A stretch of DNA of 64,000 nt from Octopus sinensis (taxonomy: Eukaryota). The notes under the pieces were generated by a model, which had not been told where the DNA came from, did no database searches, and saw only the letters and a program-made list of their open reading frames with translations. The DNA lies in contig NC_043017.1 in assembly GCF_006345805.1 (NCBI RefSeq), forward strand, positions 2,790,001 to 2,854,000, given 5' to 3'. A program made the position numbers and the translations under genes. Of the stretch, positions 1-12,235 are shown in pieces (the stretch's first letter is position 1; every line of letters begins with the position of its first letter).

Positions 1-11
1 ATATATATATA

Positions 12-52
<41 letters not shown>

Positions 53-352
53 GGAGAGAGAGAGAGAGAGATGGAGAGAGACAGGAGGAGAAAGAGTAGA
101 AAGAAAGAGAGAAATAGATAGAGAAGTCAAAATGAGAAAGATGGAACAGAATAGAGAGTGTAGGTGGAAAAGTGGAGAGAATTCATCTCTCTTGGGAATT
201 TACTTAAATCTGTGTCTTTCATCTTTTGCTTCGACTTTTTGGCGATATCACCGATATCAATGCTTGTGTGTGTGTGTATGTGTGTGCGTGTATGTGTGTG
301 TGTGTCTGTGTTTGTCTCCTTTTGTGTGTCTGTGAGTGTGTGTGTGTGTGCC
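1..352. repeat. (TA)/(TG)n/(GA)n simple-repeat block
   Basis: Runs of TG and GA dinucleotides; explains the CV- and RE-rich ORFs at 15-335. Confidence 0.9.
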
Positions 353-510
353 CGTGCGCGCCATGCTATTAATAATCTCGACACACGCACATTTTTAATT
401 ATCTTCATATTTCTTCAACGCCTCGTCACTATTTTATCATCAACACCACCATCAACGTCATCATCGTCGCCATCATCATCATCATCATCATTATTTAATC
501 ATAAAAGACC

Positions 511-520
511 TAATAATAAC

Positions 521-560
<40 letters not shown>
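511..560. repeat. (AAT)n microsatellite (a second tract at about 1117-1175)
   Basis: Directly visible; source of poly-N/poly-I ORFs. Confidence 0.95.
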
Positions 561-1114
561 TGCGGCTGTTGTCGTATCTGTTAATAATAGGTCGTCCAAT
601 TTTTTTTTTGTTGCTTTTTTGTTGAAATTGTTCTTTTTATTTATTTATTTTTTTCATTCATGAACTTTCTGAAATTAAATGAAAACTGAAATTGGACAAA
701 GTATTATATTAACATCTTTCGTTAATATGTATGCGAAGAAGACATTTCGGTGTTTGGCACCGTTATTATCACTTTGATACAACAAATACAAGAAACTAAG
801 AATGAATGACGATGGAATTATTTCGTTTTCTCCTTTATACTGTTTTATTCGGCTTCATCCAATTCAATGGGGAGAGAATACAAAAAAACATAAATAAATA
901 AATGAATAAATACAATAAAATAAAATAGAATGAAAATTTCCAAAAAAAAAACACCCTATAAAACTATTCGACACAATAATTAATAAAATAACAAATAAGG
1001 AAAGCAAAAAAAAAAAAAGAACATGAAAATGAAAAAAAAAAGATAGTATAAAAAAAAATGAAAGATTTTATTTTATTCGTGAAGATATCGAAAACAACAA
1101 CAATGACAACAGCA

Positions 1115-1177
<63 letters not shown>

Positions 1178-1974
1178 GGATAATAATAATGTTAATAAGG
1201 TATCTTAGAAAGAGAACCTTCTTTTTAACTTTGATGAATTTATATTCCATATTTTTTTTATTGATAACCCATCACAAAAATGTGATTCCCACTCGCTTAT
1301 CTATCTACTGTCATATGAATACATACAGACAACACACACACACATACACAAACATATATGTGTATGTATGTATATTAGGAACATAATTTACTATATATAT
1401 ATGTAGGTGGGTGTTTATATTTTACATATTTATTATATATTTATCTATTTATATACAATATTAAAAGAAGAGCGTACGTGTACAAACAGGAATCAAGTTA
1501 AAAGAAGATGGTAATACCCAATTGGGAATACGCACACACAGAGGCACAAACACAATCACACACATACACACACACTTGTTTGTGTGTGTGTGTGGATATG
1601 TATATATGTATGTGAGTGTGTGTTTGAATGCATTTATGTCTATAACAACATACGTAGGGGTGCGTAGTCTTTCAAGAATTTTTCCTATCTCAACTTAAAG
1701 AAAAAAAAAAAAGAGAAAGATAAAATCTAACTCTTTATAAAAGCGAAGCAAAAACGAAAGAATATGAAACGAATGTAAACAGAAAAAAGATAGCGAAATC
1801 CCTTCAATATCACGAAATAAAGAAATATGTTGAATAAGGGTGAAAATTAGAGCGTTAACTTAACGAAGTAGGAAAAGAAAATGCGTGTCAGCAGATAATT
1901 TTGGAAAGGCGCTTCTGTATTTTCCCCTTTTCATTATATATATTTTGTTATTGTTATTATTTTCATGGGGTTAT

Positions 1975-2545
1975 CATTATTATTGCTAAGGATTGGAGAA
2001 TAAAGGTAGAATGAGTAGTGTGTAGAGAGCCGGACAAAATGGTACGGTGTGTTTGGATAACGTCTCTTTACGTTCTGAGTTCAAATTCCTCTGAGATCGA
2101 GGAATTTACTTTTCATCCTTTCGCGGTCGACAAAATAAGTACCAGTTATCGACTTACCACTTCTCTCAGGATTGGTGGCCATGTGCCAAAATTTTAAAAT
2201 ATTTTTTTCGTTGGATTATTACTGCTGAGGATTGGAGTATAAATGTAGAATGACCAGCGTGTCGAGAGCCGGATAAAATGGTACGATGTGTTTAGATAAA
2301 ATCCCTTTATGTTCTGAGTTCAAATTCCGCCGCGATCGACTTTACCGTTCATTTTCTTATCGGGGTTCGACAAAATAAGTACCAGTTGCGCACTGGGATC
2401 AATGTCATTGACTTACCACTTCTCCTGGGATTGCTGGCCTTGTGCTCAAAATTAAAAATATTATTTTCATCATGTTGCAAAGCGTGTAGAGAGCATGGTG
2501 TATTCAGACACGATCTTTTTTCGTTCTGGGTTCAAATCCCTCCAG
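1975..2545 (+). mobile_element. Degenerate SINE family A copies in tandem (two full units of about 240 bp plus a partial third)
   Basis: GTTCTGAGTTCAAATTCC B-box-like motif and TCGACAAAATAAGTACCAGTT occur twice; the shared upstream flank GCT(A/G)AGGATTGGAG..TAGAATGA is also repeated. Confidence 0.75.
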
Positions 2546-3244
2546 AATCGTCCCGATGAAAGGTTTGGCAAGAATATGCACTTTAACATTCTACCATTTT
2601 ACCATTCTGGACTGGAATGATGGTCAAAGTTAATCTCGTCGTGATTTGGTAATTGAGAGCGCAGTGAATAGTAACAAATGGCGCGAGCTATTTTCCCCAA
2701 CACTCTAACAACTTTCATTATTGTGAAGCCGATGAAATATGTGGAGTGGCTATAATTCAATCAACTGCGCATATCTTCTAAAAAGTCTTGCAATGTGCGT
2801 CGATGCGCCGATGTGCCGAACTCACAAATTATTTATTCGTTTAAGTGTGAAAGGTTCTCTTGAAGATCTCATGAAATGTTTTTAATCAAATGCATCAAAC
2901 GATGAATAGATATTCCACTTGTGACCAGTGCCTTAGTAGTCGTCATTCTTACAAAATGAAATTGTAGACAAGTATGGACGTGTGATTAAGTTGCTTGCTT
3001 TGCAGTCACATGAATCCGGGTTCGATCATAAGGCGCGTCACTTTTTCAAAGTACTCGCAAACAGAGCTGCATATTAATCAATTCGAAAATTTTGACTAAA
3101 TTTACGTAAACTGAATCTACATAATTTTCCTATCGAATGAACGGCACAGAGTTTTGGTTGTATACTTCATCCATCACCTCGCCGAAGACCAGCAGCTGGC
3201 ACTTGGATGCCTCTAACAGACTGTACTCTCTTCTTTTATTTTTT

Positions 3245-3830
3245 TTTCTCTTTCACTCGGTTGTTATTAGACTACAGCCATGCTGGGGCACCACTTTGAA
3301 CAACCTTTGTCGAATGAATCCACTTCCAGTTATAATAGAAGGCACTTGTCCAAGGTACCACGCAGTGGGTCTGAACCAGGAACCATGTTGTTAGGAAGCA
3401 AACGTTTTACCACACACCTACGCCTGCACATGTAGATATTTAGACAAAATTTCTAGTTCGAATGTAACTATCTTTACCACATTCATCCGATGAGGACTAA
3501 AAGCATCACCAACGGATCCGAGCGGCCATCTTGTACCTAAAAGTCACGCAATCTTGGTTGCATTGAATAAACTCTGCACTGTTCTATTTTTTCTTTTATT
3601 TGTTTGTCATTAGATTACAGCCATGCTGGAGCACCGCTTTGAAAAACTTTACTCGAACGAATCCACTCCAAGCTAAAGTTGAAGACACTTGCCCAAGGTG
3701 CGACACAGTGGGACTGAACCCGGATCCATATGAGTAGGAAGAAAACGTTTTCTCACACAGCCACACCTGTACATTTTGTAGATATTTAGATCAAATTTCT
3801 AGTTTGTGTTTAACTATCTTTACTACAAAA
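3245..3830 (-). mobile_element. Two internally deleted SINE family B copies in a tandem duplication with flank
   Basis: ACAGCCATGCTGG(G/A)GCACC tail joined to ..CACTTG(T/C)CCAAGGT core at the same breakpoint in both units (about 3250-3430 and 3600-3770); both are followed by GTAGATATTTAGA..AAATTTCTAGTT. Confidence 0.75.
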
Positions 3831-4182
3831 GTAATGGCTGTTACCACCTTAACGTGTTTATTCCGTACAGAACAAAGTTTCTAGTCTTTTTAACCCCCGG
3901 AGAACACCTCCTTCAGCTGGATAACGACACAATATAACTGTGTCTGGAACAACCACGTTGAGGTAGTAACAACCATTACTTTCCAGTAGAGTTACTATTG
4001 GGTTGTCCGGAAAGTTCGTGCCGACTTATAGTAGTTTAACTTTCGACTTATTTTAGAACATAGTTGAGTCCATAAAATAGGATTTGACTACACCCCCATT
4101 TAGAGCACAGTTTAAGCTATCTTTTCGTGAAAGGAGGTTTATGTTCCTATAACCTGGGTTAATTTTGTAACTCTTGAAAATG

Positions 4183-4490
4183 GAAGATAAGAAAGTTCAT
4201 TTTCGGCAATTGATGCTTTGGGAACCAGACAAAAATTGCTGCAGCTCGGCTGGGATGTGTTACCCCACCCTCCATGTTCACCAGATATTGCTCTTTCGGA
4301 TTTCCATTTATTCAGGTCTCTGCAGAATAGTCTTAATGGCAAAAATTTCAATTCCTTGGATGACGTAGAAAGATACCTTGATGAATTCTTTGCTATGAAA
4401 CCACCTCAATTCTGGGAAGAGGGTATTTTCAAGTTAAAGGAAAGATGGAGACGCATTGTGCAACAAAATGGTTCATATTTGGCTAATTAA
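4183..4490 (+). pseudogene. Mariner transposase remnant (N-terminal start plus C-terminal catalytic segment)
   Basis: LGWDVLPHPPCSPDIALSDFHLFRSLQNSL matches the mariner W-x-x-L-P-H-P-P-Y-S-P-D-L-A-P-S-D motif; the central part is deleted. Confidence 0.9.
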
Positions 4491-4507
4491 AAATGTAATG
4501 GCAAGTA

Positions 4508-5018
4508 CCGTAAATCCTCGAGTATAACCCGCATTTTATCCCCAAATTTAATGGTCAAAATCCCTAGTGTGTTCTATATACGAGGTTAAAAATGAAAATT
4601 ATTTTCTAAGCAATGTCCGTGTCTTTATTTTCTGTCCGGCAATGTTTATTCAGACGCATTATGTGATGTCGGGCGCGAAAATACCTTAAGCTAAACCTGA
4701 AAGCAATGAAATCATAAAAGAATCATCCATAACTTGCAGTAAGCAACATTTATTAAACGTTATTACTGTTATTTCTTTACTTTCTGCGAACAAAATGCAC
4801 AAAAAAGCTACACGTTTGCATTATGTTATATATACAATAATAATAAAGGATGTTACCGTATACATTTTTACAAACCAAGGACGTTATATAGACCTCCTTG
4901 ACTCAAGTTAGAGAAGGGGTGCATATTATACACAAGGTTTAAGTTTTTCAGAGGTACAGCCATCTAAAAATCTCCTGCATATTATACTCAAGGGCGGACT
5001 ACACTCGAGGATTTACGG
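4508..5018. mobile_element. Non-autonomous Tc1/mariner-superfamily MITE (Tc2/Kanga-like CCGTA termini) nested in the mariner
   Basis: TIRs CCGTAAATCCTCGAGTATAACCCGC / GCGGACTACACTCGAGGATTTACGG (22/25, terminal 16 perfect); TA TSD at 4506-4507 and 5019-5020; 511 bp; no coding capacity. Confidence 0.85.
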
Positions 5019-5538
5019 TATTTATTGACCTTTTTCTTTCCTTTAAAAAGCGGCACGAACTTTCCGAACAACCCAAAATTTAATCTCTTATAAAGATTTT
5101 AAAACTAGTTACTATGCTTGTGATCTTTAGCACATTCATCCGATGGTGATTAGAGACATCACCAACGCCCCGAGCGGCCATCTTGTATCAAAGAGAAAAT
5201 CAATCTAAAATGTAATCTGGAGCAGCAAAATGACCGCCATCTGTTTGAATGTGGTGCTTGATGTTGCTTATTCCCGGCTAAGCACTAGCTGGGCAATTGT
5301 ATCCTGTCTTTTAATTTTTCTTTACGAGAATCCAAAACTTCGTCTCCGAAATGAGTTTCATTTGCCAGAGTATTAACAGAAAAAAAACCTGAGGGGAGTT
5401 TTGTTGCATTTCTATTAAGTCGAACGACGAAGAGGAGAAGAAATTAGGCCTACGATTCAACACGGAACTCATTATGAGGTCATATCACGTGCTAGATATA
5501 ACAACCAATTGTCCCTCATATCCATCTACTGCCATCTT

Positions 5539-5582
<44 letters not shown>

Positions 5583-6079
5583 AAATGTGGAGTCTTAGGT
5601 ATACAATATCTGAAATAATACTGGTGATAGTCATAGACAGAAAGTTCTTTAATCTTAAGACCTTTTTCGTTGTTATGATCTTGATCAGAGTTGACCTGTG
5701 GCTAAACAAACAAGAAATATTTGGTCAACGATTTTAACGCGGTGACAGCTACAATACAATGCCCGTACGAACTGGCAACTCGTCGCCTCTCTCACCGACA
5801 TCGAGACATGCCAACAACACTATTTCGCTGTAGCAGCTACGCCGAATACGAAATTACCTCCAACTTTAATCAGAATATATTTATTTCAGCTGAACTCAGT
5901 TAATCATTGATGTTGGTATTTTAGATGTTATCTCCGCAAAATTGTTCCAGTTTTTAATACTATTCGCTCTTTGATAAGTAATCAACAACTCATATATTAC
6001 ACTGCCGTCTAAACACATGAAAGAAAGTCATCACTGATTGCTTCATGACCTCATCTGCTCCAAATATCAATTGTATACA

Positions 6080-6320
6080 CATACTATATATACATACATG
6101 ACATGTAATATATATACTATAATATATATATTATATATAATATATATATATATAATATATATATATATGTATAGACATACATGCATACATACGTGTATTT
6201 AAATATATATATATCTATATATATTATAATATATATAATATATATATACAATATAATATATATAATATATAATATATATATATTATATATATATATATAT
6301 TATAGATATATAGATATATG
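6080..6320. repeat. TA-rich low-complexity tract
   Basis: Imperfect (TA)n. Confidence 0.9.
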
Positions 6321-6546
6321 TAGTATATTACGTATGTACATGAATGATTTCGTTCGTACATAGATACATACGAGTTCGTGGGTGTATGTGCGCGTGTGGA
6401 TGGATTAATTATCTGCTTTACCTGAGGCGGCGAAAAGAAATTCATTAGGTCATTATTTATTCATCCGTGATGACCAAATTAAGTTGATTGTTTTGTTTTT
6501 TATATTTAATGATATAAGCTACACGTGCACTCGCGCAAATAAGCAT

Positions 6547-6581
<35 letters not shown>

Positions 6582-6668
6582 GACACACGCGCCCACACAT
6601 TGCATGTATATCGCTCTGTCAGTCTATCTGTTTTATGCCTGTCTGACCTCTCTCTCTCTGTTACAGTT

Positions 6669-6699
<31 letters not shown>

Positions 6700-6824
6700 A
6701 AATATATATATATATAGAGAGAGAGAGAAAAAGAGAGAAAGTGGTAGATAGATATATATATTCATACATACATATATAAAATTCATATATAACATATATG
6801 ATATATAAATTATATAAATACATT

Positions 6825-6867
<43 letters not shown>

Positions 6868-6870
<3 letters not shown>

Positions 6871-7038
6871 CGTGTATGTTGTTCCTTCTCGAGCCGGTCT
6901 TTCCGATTTCCTTGGCGTATAGGTTCTCCACCTGTACGGGAAGCCGGTCCGTCGCAGATGAGCTGCAAGATGCAGGAGGAAAGAGTGAGAAAAAGTTGTG
7001 GCAAAACAGTCAGCAGAAGTTCGGCATTACCTTCTAGT
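6868..7038 (-). mobile_element. Probable 3' part of a SINE (working family D)
   Basis: GC-richer segment (GCCGGTCTTTCCG..GCAGATGAGCTGCAAGATGCAGGAGGAAAGAGTGAG) next to (TG)n; assignment rests on my recollection of an octopus interspersed repeat and is not shown within this window. Confidence 0.4.
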
Positions 7039-7226
7039 TTTAGGTTAGTAGCAGTTCTCACTACCATCGACTGTTGAGATCTCCTAGAAAATGCGTTACC
7101 ATGTTTCTAAGCTAGAAATATATTTAGGTTCAAGCAGACCTTACAGAATGAAGAATAACTCTGAACTGGTCGTCTTCAATTCGGTTTCAAAGCTTTGCTG
7201 AAATCATACCATTCCATAACAATATT

Positions 7227-7285
<59 letters not shown>

Positions 7286-7628
7286 GGAAGATACTACAAT
7301 AGTATACTAATATATTAAGATATATTAAACAGTATAGTATGTGTGGCTAAGAAACCAAAAAGGAATTAGTAAATAAAGGGTGCAAAATAGCACCAGCGAT
7401 TGCTAAAAATAAGTGTTAAAGAGTTTAGCTCTGAGAGCCACAAATAGCCACTAACCTCAATTACGTTTACGATATGCTGGCACAGCAAGCTAAAACGATC
7501 TCTCCCTTGTGAGATGGACTTATATATACATATATATATATACAAAGAGAGAGAGAGTGAGATAGGGACGCAATTATGCGGATAAACTAATTAAATATAT
7601 TAAATGTAACAGTTTGTGTAGGAAATAT

Positions 7629-7784
7629 GCGCAGGAGTGCCTGTGTGATTAGTAGCTTGCTTACAAACCACATTATTTCGGGTTCAGTCCCACTGTGTGA
7701 CACATTAGGCAAGTGTTTCTACGAGATCTTCGGCTCAACCAAAGCCTTCTGAGTGGATTTGGTAGACAAAACTGAAAGCCTGTC

Positions 7785-7875
<91 letters not shown>

Positions 7876-8080
7876 TCTGTCTGTGTTTGTTCCCCCCAAC
7901 ATCGCTTGACAACCGTGTTGTGTTTACATCCCTGTAGCTTAGCGGTTCGGCAAAATCGACTGAAAGAATAAGTACTAGGCCTACAAAGAATAATTCCTGT
8001 GGTCGATTTGTTCGAATAAAGGCTGTGCTCCATCATGGCCGCAGTCAAATGACCGAAAGAAGTAAAAGAATAAAAGAATA
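7629..8080 (+). mobile_element. Full-length SINE family B (tRNA head + CORE-like domain + internal microsatellite + CR1-like tail)
   Basis: GCGCAGGAGTG head, GGTTCAGTCC B-box, degenerate CORE-like (T)AGGCAAGTGT, internal (TA)n(TG)n, tail CATGGCCGCAGTCAAATGAC..AGTAAAAGAATAAAAGAA. Confidence 0.88.
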
Positions 8081-8778
8081 TACATTAAAACCTGACAAAG
8101 CAAAGAATGAAGATTGGCGGCCGATAAATATTTGAGTATAAATCTATCGATATCTCTATTAATAGATCCAGTTTACACAGAATACAAACGACAGGGAAAA
8201 AAATGAAAGGAGAGGAATTAAGGTGTTTCTACCTTTCCATATTTGAACTCTTCTGAACTAGAATCTGAAACGTATGATCTCTTGTCTCTTGATGATGGAG
8301 GCTCGTTTCATTCAATGCTGATTGCTTCCATTACGGCTTGCATACAGTGATAAAATACCTCTGCAATTATTATCCTGAATCTCCGAGCCCTAGAAACAGC
8401 CGTTAAACGTATAACACTTCGTTTCTTCCCTTTTAATTTTCTCTGTCGTCTGTACTCTATATAAGTTGGATCAATTAATATAAATATCTATATAATTATA
8501 ATATAAATATCCATCATCTGAAAATCTTTGCTTTCTCTTGCTTTACGAGTATACACATATACATATTTTGGAATTCATACCCAAACTCTTATATCTAATA
8601 CATCTATTAATAATTAGTATATCTGCACATTCGAGTCTGTATCTGTCTAACTTGATCTCTCTTATAGGTATTCTTTATCTCAGAGAATTGATCTTCTGTA
8701 AAGACATCGGAATCTACGTTTGAATCAGCTGAGCGCTACTAAGTGTCTTCTATTCTGAGAATTTTCTGGGTGATACTG

Positions 8779-8943
8779 ATGCGGGAGCTGATGACAGGAA
8801 TAATATCGAACCATGTGTATAACTTCCTGGAAATGAAGGACAAACTCCCAGTGGAACAGACACAATAAAGAAGGAAAAGCCGAGGGACAAAAGACCAACT
8901 TCTGATAGACAGAATGGTACTGAACGACTGCCAGAAAAATTAA
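8779..8943 (+). pseudogene. R4/Dong-clade non-LTR reverse transcriptase fragment
   Basis: My translation is MRELMTGIISNHVYNFLEMKDKLPVEQTQ*RRKSRGTKDQLLIDRMVLNDCQKN*, which matches the R4/Dong RT motif EQKGCR..SRGTKDQLLID; too short for the ORF track. Confidence 0.8.
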
Positions 8944-8950
8944 TCTGGAC

Positions 8951-9115
8951 ATTCTGAGTTCAAATGCCGCCGAGGTCGACTTTGCCTTTCATCGTTTCAG
9001 GGTCGATTAAATAAGTACCAGCTACGAACTGGGGCCAATATAATCGACTTTGTCCTTCTTTGTCCCCTCTCTGTTTAGCCCCTTGTGGGCAATAAAGAAA
9101 TAGGTATTTCATCTG
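8951..9115 (+). mobile_element. SINE family A, 5'-truncated
   Basis: TTCTGAGTTCAAAT..GAGGTCGACTTTGCCTTTCATC..TAAGTACCAG..GCCCCTTGTGGGCAATAAAGAAATAG. Confidence 0.85.
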
Positions 9116-9269
9116 CATTTCACCCGGTGTGGTAACAATTCTGCCAGCTTGCCATAATACTATAACTGGTGGGATGTTGTCTGAGCGGTCACTCGTGTAC
9201 CCAGCTAGAAACGGGTACTTTACCCTTCTCAGGGCCGCAGAACACGTCACAGCAGTGCTAGAAACCAGA

Positions 9270-9390
9270 GTTTTGGTCGGCCCGATGATATAGTAGAAGA
9301 CACTTGCCCAAGGTTCTTCGTAGTGGGACTGAACCCGGAGCCAAGTGGACAAGAAGCAAGCCTCTTACTACATAGCCACGCATGCGCCTT
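9270..9390 (-). mobile_element. SINE family B 5' half
   Basis: TAGTAGAAGACACTTGCCCAAGG..GGGACTGAACCCGG..ATGCGCCT. Confidence 0.8.
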
Positions 9391-10511
9391 ATGTAGTTGT
9401 GTTTCATCACTGCATTCGCATTTATGATGGAGTCTATGTTTTGCCGAAGCGGTTTAATAAGATCGGAACATAACATTCGTAGCGCTGTCTCCCTAACCGG
9501 CTGAAATTATCAAAATGATACTTGGCATTGATTAATATCAATTATTTTTTTGCCATTTGAATATCTCTGAGTTATCGTTTGATGTTTTCTGTATTAGGTA
9601 CATTGACACAAAAATATACATTGTCGTATGGTGAAATACTAAATTTTACAGAGCTATACTATGTTGTATAGAAATATATCGTTGTGATGTACTAGAGCTG
9701 ATAGTAATGTTATGTGTTAGGCATTAATACGCCGTTCTGATGTTAATCTATTAATCATTAACTCAAAAAAAAAGGAAAAAAGAGAAACTAAAATAATTGT
9801 ACTAAAACGTATTTCCGCCTTGGCCTATTTATGTTTATTTTAATTCATTTCAAAACTTAATTTCATTAGAGAAAAATTTGAATTTAATTAATTCATAAAT
9901 TCAAAGTTAGCTCAAAGCAATCGGGGAATTAAATTCCATTCTTTTAATCTCCCAAATTCTTCAGAACTGAGTCGTAAAGTAAGACAACCAAAAATGACTT
10001 TGTTGTAATTATAAAGTCGACTTTTTTTTCTTCTTTCCCATAACCTTTGCGAACTAAATTTAATATTACATCGCTTTGTGTAACTAATTTAGACACTAAA
10101 TGACTTTTAGATGGAGATTGTCAGCCGCTTGAGGCCTGTAAGAAGTTCTAAGTACAATGTACATATTACGCACGGAAAAGAAGAAAAGAAGAAAAAAGAA
10201 AGAGAGAGAGAGAGGGAAACGAAACAGAGTGTCTGGAATTTAAAAGGAATGGCTTTTATTGACTTCAATTATGATCTGAAACATTTGGCAACGAGTGAGA
10301 AATCTAAACGTCTTCAGAATAATTTAAACGCAGTAGTTGATATTTTACTTCATCAACAACAGAGATTTTACTGACCTGCTAGAAAAAGTAACCCAATCAC
10401 CCTCAAACTAAACACTACTCTCTTTAATAATAGAAAGACATACTGAATAATATATTCCTGGATATACTATCGTTTGTTTTTTAAATTTTTTAATGTTTTA
10501 ATTGTTTCAGT

Positions 10512-10564
<53 letters not shown>

Positions 10565-10596
10565 ATAATATTTTTTTTTTTTTTCTAATGTATATA

Positions 10597-10649
<53 letters not shown>

Positions 10650-10663
10650 TATATGCATACGAC

Positions 10664-10920
10664 GAACCTCTTTCAGTTTCCGTTTGCAAAATCCACTGAC
10701 AAGACTTTGGTCGGCCCGAGGCTATAGTAGAAGTGCTTAGCGGTATTTCGTTTGCCGCTGCGTTCTGAGTTAAAATTCTGCTGCAGTAGACTTTGCTTTT
10801 CATCCTTTCGAGGTCTATAAATTAAGTACCAGTTACACATTGGTGTCGATGTAATCGACTTAATCCCTTTGTCTGTCCTCGTTTGTCCCCTCTATGCTTG
10901 TAGGCAATAAAGAAATAAGA
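10664..10920. mobile_element. SINE B fragment (minus, 10664-10737) abutting SINE A (plus, about 10735-10920)
   Basis: CTTTCAGTTTCCG..GAGGCTATAGTAGAAG followed directly by TGCTTAGCGGTATTTCG..AATAAAGAAATAAGA. Confidence 0.8.
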
Positions 10921-10991
10921 TTGAAAGGGTATACATAGCCGAAATATGTGTGTTATATTTCGTAAGGACCATTAAACAAATGTGCTATTGT

Positions 10992-11240
10992 GAAGGCATA
11001 TGTGTATGTCTTAGTGGTTACGGTATTCAGCTAACAATCGGAGGATCCTGAGTTCGACTCCCGGCAGCGCGTTGTGCCCTCGAGGAGGACGCTTTATTTC
11101 ACGTTGGTCCAGTCCCCTCAACGGGTAAAATAAGTTGTACTTGTAATTCAAAATGGACGCCAGTTTCACGCTAATTCCACAAGCAGGCTGTTCCGTTGAT
11201 CGGATCAACTGGAACCCTGTCGCCATCATTACCAATGGGA
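10992..11240 (+). mobile_element. tRNA-derived SINE family C
   Basis: A-box-like GTCTTAGTGGTTA, B-box GAGTTCGACTCCC, body TTTATTTCACGTTG.TCCAGTCC; reverse-complement homologues at 33.7-34.0 kb and 34.6-34.9 kb. Confidence 0.75.
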
Positions 11241-11819
11241 TGCATAATTCGCATATGTATGTGCATCAATATAAGTGTCCGTGTGTGTACGCGAAGGATG
11301 TGTATGTTATCTTAGAAATGGTTGTTGCTGATGGAAGCTGGTAATATAGCTACGGAAGTACTCCCGCATAGAAAATGTAAATATGTTAAGAAGACACCTA
11401 TAAAATATAATAGGTTGAAACGTCTCAAATAATGAGATTACCTATGCAGTTAGTAGTAAAAAACTCCCTCTGGGAATGCTTAAAATGTGAAACCATCAAC
11501 CAAGTCGATGCAGAGAGGAGTGTTTTTAAAGACAGTATTCACTTCAATTTCCATAAATTCCAATAAGTTGATTTATTGTAGTTGATTTTAGTCAAACAAT
11601 GGCATGGAAGATAATTTCAAATTTTTATATGCGCGACCTTACTCTATATAATATAATACTTAGTGAAAAGCTCTCAAGAGACTTTAGTATTAGATTCATG
11701 CTGATTTACTCAAACACGCATGCGCACACATATCCATAACCAGTGTAATCATCCGACATTGAAGCAGCGAACCCCAATGGGATAGCAATCTCTTCAGTCT
11801 CGCAGTATGTATGTATGTA

Positions 11820-11864
<45 letters not shown>

Positions 11865-11898
11865 GCATAAATATTCATATGTGTGTGTGAGTGAGTAA

Positions 11899-11940
<42 letters not shown>

Positions 11941-12197
11941 TATAGGTATTGTTCAAATGTAAAGGAACAAAAAATTTTAAACATCCAAGATGGAAACGAG
12001 TACCTACGTTCCCCTGTGGCAGACTTGATAATTATTGGAACGATATCTCTCTACATGAGACCATTGGTTGCCTTGTTCACCCACGAATAAAGAATATCCA
12101 TCCATCAGTGCGGTTTTGAGCACTCATTTTCACTTTTCGATATTAGTGCGTATATTGACATAGATTTGCGCACACACGCGCACACACACATACATAC

Positions 12198-12235
<38 letters not shown>

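Larger units (their letters stand above)
3998..5076 (+). mobile_element. Internally deleted mariner (D,D34D-type) transposon
   Basis: 26-bp ITRs TTGGGTTGTCCGGAAAGTTCGTGCCG (3998-4023) and CGGCACGAACTTTCCGAACAACCCAA (5051-5076, 1 mismatch); TA at 3996-3997 (right side reads AA); transposase N-terminus MEDKKVHFRQLML is fused out of frame to the C-terminus. Confidence 0.92.

Noticed and set aside
15-625. ORFs of 93-153 aa (and the many similar CV/HT/IY/IYLS ORFs throughout)
   Set aside because: They are translations of di-, tri- and tetranucleotide microsatellites, which lack stops in some frames.
11329-11425. Two very degenerate hammerhead-like strings (CTGATGGAAGCT..AGCT; AGAAGAC-ACCTAT..ATAGGT-TGAAACGTC)
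   Set aside because: Two or more core mismatches or a missing GAAA; could arise by chance.
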